This document shows positions 29,621-37,038 of a stretch of DNA of 64,000 bases, piece after piece. The notes under the pieces are model-generated. The model saw only the letters and a program-made list of their open reading frames with translations, did no database searches and had not been told where the DNA came from. The stretch's first letter is position 1, and every line of letters begins with the position of its first letter. This DNA comes from an uncultured Actinomycetota bacterium (GTDB taxonomy: Bacteria; Actinomycetota; Actinomycetes; Mycobacteriales; SCTD01): the NCBI GenBank assembly GCA_963726975.1, contig CAVSEK010000013.1, positions 918,938 to 982,937 on the forward strand. Direction: 5' to 3'. The position numbers and the translations under genes are program-made.

Positions 29621-31459
29621 TCAGGCGACCGTGCGGTTGCGCGCAGCCTCGGAGGTGTCCCCGCTGCTCGTCGCGCCGCTCGGCACCCCGGCCGGCGCCG
29701 CGACGCCCGACAGGGCGGTGGCGGTGGCGGTCACCGGTGTGCCGGGGGCCAGCGACGAGGACGGGGAGAACGACCAGCGCCCGCTGCCGTCCGCCCTCGT
29801 CGAGCCCAGGTAGGCGCTGGGCTGCCCGACGTCGCGCACGGTGCCGCGCGTCGAGGGCTGGGCGCGGAAGACCTCCACGACGCAGCCCGCGCAGGCCGTG
29901 CCGCTGATGCTGCTCGGGCTCGCCGACTGCACCACCGGCACCTGGATGCCGTGGTTGACCTGCGGGTCGCCCACGCCGCCCGCGTTGACCTTGCCGTAGG
30001 GCGCCAGGTCGATGCCCAGGGCGGCGTCGTTGTCGTGCACGGAGTTCCGGGTGAACCGGTTGTACGGGGTCGGGATGTGCTCCGGCTCCGGCGGCTGCAC
30101 GCCGTTGGCCTGCACGGCGATGCCCGGCCCGCCGTTGTGGGCGATGACGTTGCCCGGCCCGAAGGTGTTGTTGACGGCGCCGTGCTCGATCCGGATGCCG
30201 AACGCGCCGTTGCCGGCCGGCGTGCCGTCGGGCAGCACGCCGATCCAGTTGTCGTGCACCCAGTCCCACTGCTGGCCCTTGTCGACGACGACGCCGCCCT
30301 TGACGTTGTTCACGATGATGTTGTGCGCCACCTCGATGAACCCGGCGTTGGGCGCGCACGGCGTGCAGTCGTGCTCGCCCTCGAGCCGCACGCCGTAGCC
30401 CGCGATGTTGTCCGGGTTCTGGCCGTTCGCGGCGTACGCCGGCGCGGCCCGGCCGGTGAGGTCGGTGCCGATGTAGTTGCCGATCACGCGGTTGCGCCGG
30501 TTGTTGTTGCCGTGCGAGACCTCGACGCCCTCGTTGCTGTTGCCGGAGATGACGTTGTGCTCGAAGGCGCCCTCGCCCCCGATGAGGTTGTCGTTGGCCG
30601 AGTAGTTGACGTCGAGACCGTGCGCCCGGTTGCCGAGGTTGCGCCGCCCGTCCGGCGAGAGGCCGACGATGTTGTTCTGGACGGTGTTGCGGCTGGTGCC
30701 GGTGAAGCTGGCGGTCAGGCCGCGGTGCGCGCACCCGGAGATGACGTTGCGGTCGGCCGGCGTGGGCGCTCCGACGACGTTGTCGTGGGCGTGGTGGGTG
30801 AGGATGATGCCGGCGGCGCCGCCGTAGACGCCCGGGGCCCGGTAGGTGCCCGAGGAGTCGGTGCACAGGAACGAGCCGACGATGCGGTTGGCCCCGACCT
30901 CGCCGGTGGGGCTGTACTTGCCGTCCAGCAGCACGGAGTGCCGGAACGCGTAGATCGCCAGTCCCCGCAGGACGTTGCCGGAGGACCCGATGCGCAGGCC
31001 CTCGATCCCGCGGGCCCCCGTGCCCTTGATGTTGACCTGGATCACGGCGTCGTCCACCACCGGGTCCGTGTTGGGCCGGGCCCCCGGCTGGGTGTAGCCG
31101 TCGATGGTGGTGCCGGCGGGGTTGCTGAGGACGGGCAGCAGCGAGGTCACCGCGATCGTCGACGGCCCCGCGGAGGGCAGCGCGAAGGCGATGGTCGCGT
31201 GCGTCGTGAGGCGGTCCGCCTCCTGGATCGCGGCCCGCAGCGTGCACTCCCCTCCGGGCGTGCGGCAGATCCCGTCGGGCGAGACGTCGGCCGCGTCGCC
31301 GGTGGACGTGACGGTGAAGACGTCGGTGGGCGCGGCGCTCGAGGGCACCGCGGACCCGCCGACCACGAGCAGCAGAGCCGCCGCCGTCGCCGCGGTCAGC
31401 AGGGCAGGAGGACGTCGGAGCGCGCTGCGCGAGCGCGACCCTCGGCGGAACGGGTTCAT
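29621..31459 (-). CDS. Secreted right-handed parallel beta-helix repeat protein (CSLREA-like N-terminus)
   Basis: Signal peptide (RRGSRSRSALRRPPALLTAATAAALLLVVGGSAVPSSA/AP), then CTLRAAIQEA. Many N..G / GN.I beta-helix repeats follow (NVISGN, HNIIVNN, NVIAHNGG). Confidence 0.8.
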   Translation of the reverse strand: MNPFRRGSRSRSALRRPPALLTAATAAALLLVVGGSAVPSSAAPTDVFTVTSTGDAADVSPDGICRTPGGECTLRAAIQEADRLTTHATIAFALPSAGPSTIAVTSLLPVLSNPAGTTIDGYTQPGARPNTDPVVDDAVIQVNIKGTGARGIEGLRIGSSGNVLRGLAIYAFRHSVLLDGKYSPTGEVGANRIVGSFLCTDSSGTYRAPGVYGGAAGIILTHHAHDNVVGAPTPADRNVISGCAHRGLTASFTGTSRNTVQNNIVGLSPDGRRNLGNRAHGLDVNYSANDNLIGGEGAFEHNVISGNSNEGVEVSHGNNNRRNRVIGNYIGTDLTGRAAPAYAANGQNPDNIAGYGVRLEGEHDCTPCAPNAGFIEVAHNIIVNNVKGGVVVDKGQQWDWVHDNWIGVLPDGTPAGNGAFGIRIEHGAVNNTFGPGNVIAHNGGPGIAVQANGVQPPEPEHIPTPYNRFTRNSVHDNDAALGIDLAPYGKVNAGGVGDPQVNHGIQVPVVQSASPSSISGTACAGCVVEVFRAQPSTRGTVRDVGQPSAYLGSTRADGSGRWSFSPSSSLAPGTPVTATATALSGVAAPAGVPSGATSSGDTSEAARNRTVA

Positions 31460-31638
31460 GGGCTCTCCCAGCAGGCGGGGACGACGGCCCGGTGCGGCGG
31501 GCCGCCACGGACGGTAGTCGCGCCCGGCGCCCGGCGCAGGCGCTCCGGGAAGGGTTCAGGCAGTCGTCAGGGCCGCGCTCCGGCCGACGAGCGCGGCGGT
31601 GCTTGACGCCCGGCCCGGCGTCACGGACGGTGGTCCGC

Positions 31639-32214
31639 GTGTCACCCCTCGCCGCGCCCTTCCTGGCCGCGGCCCTGCTGCTGCTGCTCGCCGGGCTCCT
31701 CAAGCTGCGCCGGCCGGCGGCCACCGCCCAGGCCCTGAGGACCCAGGGCCTGCCCGCGGCCACCGCGCTCGTGCGCGCGCTCGGCGGCGCCGAGGTCCTC
31801 GTCGCCGGAGCCGCGCTCGCCGGCACCCGCACCGGCGCGGTCGGCCTGGCCGTGGCGTACGCCGGCTTCACCGGCTTCGTCGGGCTGGCGCTGCTGCGGG
31901 GCCGCCCGCTGACCTCGTGCGGCTGCTTCGCCGAGCCCGACCTGCCGCCGACCTGGGCGCACCCGGCCGTGACGGCCGGGCTGGCCGCCGCAGCCCTGCT
32001 CGCGGCCGGGACGCCGACCGGCCTCCCCCAGGCGGTCGCCGCCGGGGCGGGCCCCGCCCTGGCCGCCGCCGCCGGCGCGCTCCTCGTCGCCGGGCTCGCG
32101 CTCGTCGTGCTCGCCGAGCTCCCCCGGCTCGTGGCCGAGACCGCTCCGCCGCCGCCCGCGCAGACCGGACCGCTCCCCTTCGCCCTGCTCCCCCTCCCGA
32201 CCGTCCGGAGCTGA
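31639..32214 (+). CDS. MauE/DoxX-family redox-associated membrane protein
   Basis: GTG 31639. Four hydrophobic helices and the TSCGCF motif typical of MauE-type proteins. Confidence 0.75.
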   Translation: MSPLAAPFLAAALLLLLAGLLKLRRPAATAQALRTQGLPAATALVRALGGAEVLVAGAALAGTRTGAVGLAVAYAGFTGFVGLALLRGRPLTSCGCFAEPDLPPTWAHPAVTAGLAAAALLAAGTPTGLPQAVAAGAGPALAAAAGALLVAGLALVVLAELPRLVAETAPPPPAQTGPLPFALLPLPTVRS

Positions 32215-32220
32215 ACCGCC

Positions 32221-33009
32221 GTGACCGTGCTCGTCGTCGCCCTCACCGCCGCTGTCGCCCTGCTCGGCGTGCTCGTCGTCGGCCTGCTGCGCAGCCACGC
32301 CGAGATCCTGCGCCAGCTGCACGCGCTCGGTGCCGGGCGCGAGGACACCGCGCCGGGAGCTCTCGTCGCCCGACCTGCCGACGCGCCGTTCGAGGTCCGC
32401 GACGACGTGCTGCCGCCGGCCGGGGTCACCGGCACCGCCGCCTCCGACCTGGTGGGCACCAGCCCGACCGACGAGGCCGCGCTGCTCAGCGTCGTCGGCG
32501 CCGGGTCCGACACCCTCATCGCCTTCCTGTCGAGCGGGTGCTCGACCTGCCAGGACTTCTGGGACGTCTTCGGCTCCCCCGCCGACCTCGGCCTGCCGCC
32601 GGCGACCCGCCTCGTCGTGGTGACCAAGGGCCCCGACCTGGAGAGCTCGTCCACCGTCGCGCGGCTGGCCCCCGGTCGGGTCCCGGTGCTCATGTCGACG
32701 CAGGCCTGGGAGGACTACGGCGTGCCCGGCAGTCCCTACTTCGTGCTCGTCGACGGCGCGGCCGGGCGGGTGGCCGGCGAGGGCTCGGCGACGACCTGGG
32801 AGCAGGTGGTCCGGCTGTGCCGCGACGCGTCGGCCGACCGCAGCGCCGCCGTCCGCCGGCACGCCGCCGCCGGGCACGGCGGCCCCGAGGACCGCGGCGA
32901 CGGCGCGCACCGGGAGGCCCGCGCCGACCGCGAGCTGGCCGCCGCAGGCATCCTGCCGGGCGACCCCAGCCTCTACCCCGTCGGCGGCGAGGAGGTCGGG
33001 CCGCGGTGA
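32221..33009 (+). CDS. Membrane-anchored thioredoxin-fold protein with CxxC (MauD/TlpA-like)
   Basis: GTG 32221 lies 6 nt after the MauE-like stop. N-terminal TM anchor, LSSGCSTCQDFW (CxxC) and VPGSPYFVLVD. Confidence 0.75.
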   Translation: MTVLVVALTAAVALLGVLVVGLLRSHAEILRQLHALGAGREDTAPGALVARPADAPFEVRDDVLPPAGVTGTAASDLVGTSPTDEAALLSVVGAGSDTLIAFLSSGCSTCQDFWDVFGSPADLGLPPATRLVVVTKGPDLESSSTVARLAPGRVPVLMSTQAWEDYGVPGSPYFVLVDGAAGRVAGEGSATTWEQVVRLCRDASADRSAAVRRHAAAGHGGPEDRGDGAHREARADRELAAAGILPGDPSLYPVGGEEVGPR

Positions 33010-33095
33010 CGCCGTCCACCTTCGCCCTCGTCACCGGGGTCCCGGTCGCCGCGCTCGCCGCGCTGCGCGCGACCTGGTCGCCTTGAGGCGAGTCG

Positions 33096-33797
33096 ATGCT
33101 CACGAGCATCACCCCGCTCGGTGAGCGGGGCCGCGCCAGCAGGTGGGGGGTGACCGTCACCGCGTACGCCCTGGGCTCCGCCGCCGGCGGCACCGCCGTC
33201 GGCGCCCTCCTCGGGCTGCTCGGGCAGGTGCTCCCGCTCGGGCGGGCACCCGTCGCGACGGCGGTCCTCGTCGCGGGAGCCGCGCTGCTCGCCCTGCTCG
33301 TCGAGGTCGGCGCCCTGCCGGCGCCGCCGACCTGGCGGCGGCAGGTCGACGAGGACTGGCTGCACCGCTACCGCGGCTGGGTCTACGGCGTCGGCTACGG
33401 CGCGCAGCTCGGCGTCGGGCTGGTGACCATCGTGACCTCGACGAGCCTGTACGTCGCGCTGCTGCTGGCGCTGCTCACCGGGTCCGCGGCCGGGGGCGCC
33501 CTCGTCGGTCTCGTGCTGGGGCTGGGGCGTGCGGTGCCCGTGCTCGCGCTGCGGAACGTCACGACGCCGGGCCGGCTCGCGGCGGTCGCCCGCCGCACCG
33601 CGGCCCTCGCCCCGCTCGCCCGCCGCGCGGTCGCCGCAGGCCTCGCGGTCGTCGCCGTGGCCGCGGTGCTGCAGGCGACCACGGCGGGCCCGGCCGCTGC
33701 CGCACCTCCCGCCGCCGCACCCCCCGCCGCCGCACCCCCCGCCGCCGCACCCCCCGCCGCCGCCCCTCCCGCCGCCGCACAGATCGGACCGACGTGA
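33096..33797 (+). CDS. Polytopic membrane protein of unknown family (possibly starting at GTG 33006 with an in-frame TGA at 33084)
   Basis: ATG 33096 is preceded by GAGG. It has several hydrophobic helices and a C-terminal (AAPPA)5 repeat. The same frame is open upstream to GTG 33006, which overlaps the previous stop as GTGA, except for one TGA at 33084-33086. Confidence 0.65.
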   Translation: MLTSITPLGERGRASRWGVTVTAYALGSAAGGTAVGALLGLLGQVLPLGRAPVATAVLVAGAALLALLVEVGALPAPPTWRRQVDEDWLHRYRGWVYGVGYGAQLGVGLVTIVTSTSLYVALLLALLTGSAAGGALVGLVLGLGRAVPVLALRNVTTPGRLAAVARRTAALAPLARRAVAAGLAVVAVAAVLQATTAGPAAAAPPAAAPPAAAPPAAAPPAAAPPAAAQIGPT

Positions 33798-34261
33798 AGC
33801 TCCGCGCCTCGGGCATGGCCCTCGAGCCCGGACCGGGCTGGGAGGTGCGCATCCGCACCCGTCCCGCCGACCCCGCGGCGCCGGAGGGACGACCGCGCGC
33901 CGTCCTGCACGCCGCGACCGTCGCGCTGCCCGAGGACCGCGGCGACTTCGGCGGCGGGGTGACGCCCCTGCTCGGGCCCGACGACGTCTTCGTCACGCTG
34001 TTCGAGCACGAGCCCGAGGCCGCCTCGACCCCGCTGTTCGCGACCCGCGGCCGGCCCACCGTGGCCGCCCTCGACTTCAGCCCCTCGGGGCTGCAGCGCA
34101 CCATCCCCGGCCAGTCGGGCCGCCAGTGGTTCTTCCGCGAGGGCGGCCGCGCCTTCTGCCTCTACGTCGTGCTCGGCAGCCACGCCCGCCGCGCCCCGCT
34201 CGCCCGCCGCGCCGCCGCGCTGCTCGCCACCCTCGACCTCGACCCGGGAGCCGGCTCGTGA
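33794..34261 (+). CDS. Soluble hypothetical protein (155 aa) coupled on both sides
   Basis: GTG 33794 overlaps the upstream TGA, and its own TGA overlaps GTG 34258. There is no signal peptide or TM, and no family was recognised. Confidence 0.55.
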   Translation: MKLRASGMALEPGPGWEVRIRTRPADPAAPEGRPRAVLHAATVALPEDRGDFGGGVTPLLGPDDVFVTLFEHEPEAASTPLFATRGRPTVAALDFSPSGLQRTIPGQSGRQWFFREGGRAFCLYVVLGSHARRAPLARRAAALLATLDLDPGAGS

Positions 34262-35937
34262 CCCTGCTCGCGCACGACACCGCGCCCTCCGCCGAGGTCC
34301 CGACGCGGCGCGGCCTCGTCGGCCTCGTCGACCGGCTGTCCGCCGTCCTCGACCGCCGCACCAGCCGGCGCGGCTTCCTCGCCCGCAGCGCCGTCGTCGG
34401 CTCGGCGCTCGCCGTCGGCCCCGGGCAGTACCTCCTGCGGCCCGGCACCGCGTACGCCGCCGTCTGCGGCTCCGACAGCACGTGCAGCTCGGGCTACACC
34501 GTCTTCTGCGCGACCATCAACGACGGCGTCAACCGGTGCCCGCCGAACGCGCTCGTCGGGGGGTGGTGGAAGGCCGACAACTCCGGCTTCTGCTGCGGCA
34601 GCGCCCGCTACTACATCGACTGCCACAGCTACTGCTCCTGCGGCTGCGGCGGCGGCAGCGCCTTCTGCGGCGAGGGCTGCCGCTCCTGCTCGTGCGGCTG
34701 CGGACCGAAGGACTCCTGCGACCAGCGGCGCGTCTGCTGCAACCAGTTCCGCTACGGCCAGTGCCGCCAGGACGTCTCCTGCACCGGACCGGTCTGGTGC
34801 CGCGTCGTCACGTGCACGCCCCCGTGGCGGATCGCCGACTGGGACTGCTCGACGACCTCGGCCACGGACCCCCGCACCGCCACGCACACCGCCCCCGGGC
34901 TGCCGGACTGCTCCCCGATCGACCGCAAGTACACCTCCTTCGGCAGCCAGGGCTCGTTCCTCGGCGAGCCGCTGACCGGCGAGGTCGCCGTCGCGGGCGG
35001 GGCCTGCACGACGTACGACCGCGGCAGCATCTGCACGTCCCCGGCCACCGGCACGCACGAGGTGCACGGCGCGATCAGGGACACCTGGCTGCGCACCGGC
35101 GGGCCGGCCGGACCGCTGGGCTTCCCCACCACCGACGAGGGGCCGACCGGCGACGGCCGCGGCCGCTACAACCACTTCTCCGGCCGGGCGGGGCTGGGGT
35201 CGGTGTGGTGGCGCCCCGACCTCGGTGCGCACGCCGTCTACGGCGAGGTCCGCGTGCGCTGGGTCGCCCTCGGTGCGGACGGGGGGGTGCTCGGCTACCC
35301 GACGACCTCCGAGGCCGACACCCGCGACGGGCACGGCCGGTTCAACGACTTCGTCGGCCCCGGTGGGGTCGGCTCGGTCTACTGGTCGCCGACGACCGGT
35401 GCCCACGCGGTGTGGGGCGCCATCCGCGAGCGGTGGGCCGCGCTCGACCGCGAGCAGGGGCCGCTGGGCTACCCGACGTCGGAGGAGTCCGTCGCGGCCG
35501 ACGGCGTCGGCCGCACGACGACCTTCTCCGGGTACGGCGGCGTCGGCTCCATCAGCTGGACGCCCGCGACCGGCGCGCACGGAGTGTGGGGAGCGGTGCG
35601 GGCGCGGTGGGTCGACAGCGGCGCCGAGGCCGGGCCCCTGGGCTACCCCGTCAGCTCGGAGGCCGACGCGCCCGGCGGCGGGCGCTACAACGACTTCGTC
35701 GGCGGCGGGACCGCTGCCCGGCCCGCCGGGTCGGTCTACTGGAGCGCCGCGACGGGCGCGCACGGCGTGCGTGGCCCCGTCCGCGCCGCCTGGCTGGAGG
35801 CCGGCGGGCCGGCGGGCCGGCTCGGCTACCCGACCTCGGAGCCCGTCACGGCGGGCCCGCGCACCCGCAGCGACTTCACCGGGGGCTCGGTCACCTACGA
35901 CAGCAGCACCGGCAGGACGACCATCACCTACACCTGA
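34258..35937 (+). CDS. Tat-signal, cysteine-rich (23 Cys) protein with LGFP cell-wall-binding repeats
   Basis: GTG 34258. Twin-arginine motif TSRRGFLARSAVVGSALAV. There are 23 Cys between codons 70 and 197. Five clear repeats follow (PLGFPTTDE, VLGYPTTSE, PLGYPTSEE, PLGYPVSSE, RLGYPTSEP) plus one degenerate LGFP-type repeat. Confidence 0.8.
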   Translation: MTLLAHDTAPSAEVPTRRGLVGLVDRLSAVLDRRTSRRGFLARSAVVGSALAVGPGQYLLRPGTAYAAVCGSDSTCSSGYTVFCATINDGVNRCPPNALVGGWWKADNSGFCCGSARYYIDCHSYCSCGCGGGSAFCGEGCRSCSCGCGPKDSCDQRRVCCNQFRYGQCRQDVSCTGPVWCRVVTCTPPWRIADWDCSTTSATDPRTATHTAPGLPDCSPIDRKYTSFGSQGSFLGEPLTGEVAVAGGACTTYDRGSICTSPATGTHEVHGAIRDTWLRTGGPAGPLGFPTTDEGPTGDGRGRYNHFSGRAGLGSVWWRPDLGAHAVYGEVRVRWVALGADGGVLGYPTTSEADTRDGHGRFNDFVGPGGVGSVYWSPTTGAHAVWGAIRERWAALDREQGPLGYPTSEESVAADGVGRTTTFSGYGGVGSISWTPATGAHGVWGAVRARWVDSGAEAGPLGYPVSSEADAPGGGRYNDFVGGGTAARPAGSVYWSAATGAHGVRGPVRAAWLEAGGPAGRLGYPTSEPVTAGPRTRSDFTGGSVTYDSSTGRTTITYT

Positions 35938-35947
35938 GCGGCGGAGC

Positions 35948-35967
35948 GGCCGGGCGTCCGCCCGGCC
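35948..35967 (+). terminator. GC hairpin after the Cys-rich gene
   Basis: GGCCGGGC-gtcc-GCCCGGCC lies 11 nt after the stop. There is no U-tract. Confidence 0.35.
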
Positions 35968-36046
35968 CTCCTCGGACCGCGACACGCCGACCGGATCACC
36001 CGATCGGGTCCCCGGTCGGCGGCGTCCGGGCGCCGACCTCAGGAGC

Positions 36047-37030
36047 ATGTCGACGACGTCCCGCTCCCGCTGCACGCACCGCCCCGCGCTGGCCCGGCGA
36101 GGCCTGCTCCCCGGTGGTCCCCGCCCGGCCCCCGCCCCGGCCCGCACCGGCCAGGGCCGGGCTGCTGCCGCGGTCGTGACGACCGCTGTCACCGGTGCGC
36201 TCACGGTGGCGCTCGCCGGCGGTGCCGCGCCCGCCTTCGCCGGCCCGGCCGAGGACGCGGTCACGTACGCCTCGCAGCAGGCCGGCAAGCCGTACGTCTA
36301 CGGGGCGACCGGTCCGGCCGGGTTCGACTGCTCCGGGCTGGTGCAGTACGTCTACGCCAAGGCCGGCATCGCCCTGCCGCGCACGTCCGCGCAGCAGTGG
36401 GCCGCCCTGACGCACGTGCCCGCCGAGGACCGGCGCGTCGGCGACGTCCTGTTCTTCTTCACCCCCGCCGGCGTCGTCTACCACGACGCCGTGTACGCCG
36501 GGAACGACCTCATGTGGGCGGCGCCGAAGACCGGCGACGTCGTGAAGCTGCAGAAGGTCTACGACGTGCGCTACGGCGTAGGCCGACCGGGCGCCACGCC
36601 GCTGGTCGCCGAGGGCGCCAGCGGTCCCGCCGTCGCCGATCTGCAGCGCCGGCTCGGCGCGGCTCCGGACGGCACGTTCGGCCCCGGGACGTCCGCGGCC
36701 GTGCGGGCGTTCCAGAGCTCGCGCCGGATGACGGCCGACGGCGTCGTCGGTCCCGCCACCTGGGCCGCCCTGGTCGGGTCGGCCCGCACCGCCGCCCCCG
36801 TCGCGCCGGCGGCCCCCCGCCCGGTGACCGCGCCGGTCGGCGGCAGCCCGCTGCTGCGCCCGGGCGACCGGGGCCCCGCGGTGGCGTCCCTGCAGGCGCT
36901 GCTCCGCGTCGCCCCCGACGGCTCGTTCGGCCCGCGGACCCGCGCCGCCGTCGTCGCCTTCCAGGCCGGCCGAGGCCTGACCGCCGACGGCGTCGTCGGC
37001 AGCCGCACGTGGGGCGCACTGCGCGGCTGA
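36047..37030 (+). CDS. NlpC/P60 peptidoglycan endopeptidase with two PG_binding_1 domains
   Basis: ATG 36047. Signal peptide ending APAFA/GP and catalytic core YVYGATGPAGFDCSGLVQYVY. Two repeats: GPAVADLQRRLG..DGTFGPGT..AVRAFQ and GPAVASLQALL..DGSFGPRT..AVVAFQ. Confidence 0.85.
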   Translation: MSTTSRSRCTHRPALARRGLLPGGPRPAPAPARTGQGRAAAAVVTTAVTGALTVALAGGAAPAFAGPAEDAVTYASQQAGKPYVYGATGPAGFDCSGLVQYVYAKAGIALPRTSAQQWAALTHVPAEDRRVGDVLFFFTPAGVVYHDAVYAGNDLMWAAPKTGDVVKLQKVYDVRYGVGRPGATPLVAEGASGPAVADLQRRLGAAPDGTFGPGTSAAVRAFQSSRRMTADGVVGPATWAALVGSARTAAPVAPAAPRPVTAPVGGSPLLRPGDRGPAVASLQALLRVAPDGSFGPRTRAAVVAFQAGRGLTADGVVGSRTWGALRG

Positions 37031-37038
37031 GCCGGCGC

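Noticed and set aside
28014-32693. A single 1559-aa ORF spanning the acyl-CoA synthetase, the beta-helix gene region and the MauE region on the minus strand.
   Set aside because: Only the last 515 codons (28014-29561) carry AMP-ligase motifs. The upstream part is out of frame with the real beta-helix gene and antisense to the MauE-like genes, and it reads as low-complexity sequence.
33697-33782. 15-nt tandem repeats (gccgccgcacccccc x5). Similar short-period repeats occur at 9481-9640 (sucB linker, PE and APAPQQ units), 19790-19830 (GKVGG x3) and 45121-45160 (ggtcct hexamers).
   Set aside because: All are in-frame low-complexity coding repeats: an (AAPPA)n tail, an E2 inter-domain linker and N-terminal tails. 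They are not CRISPR arrays, they lack spacers, and there is no sign of an independent element.
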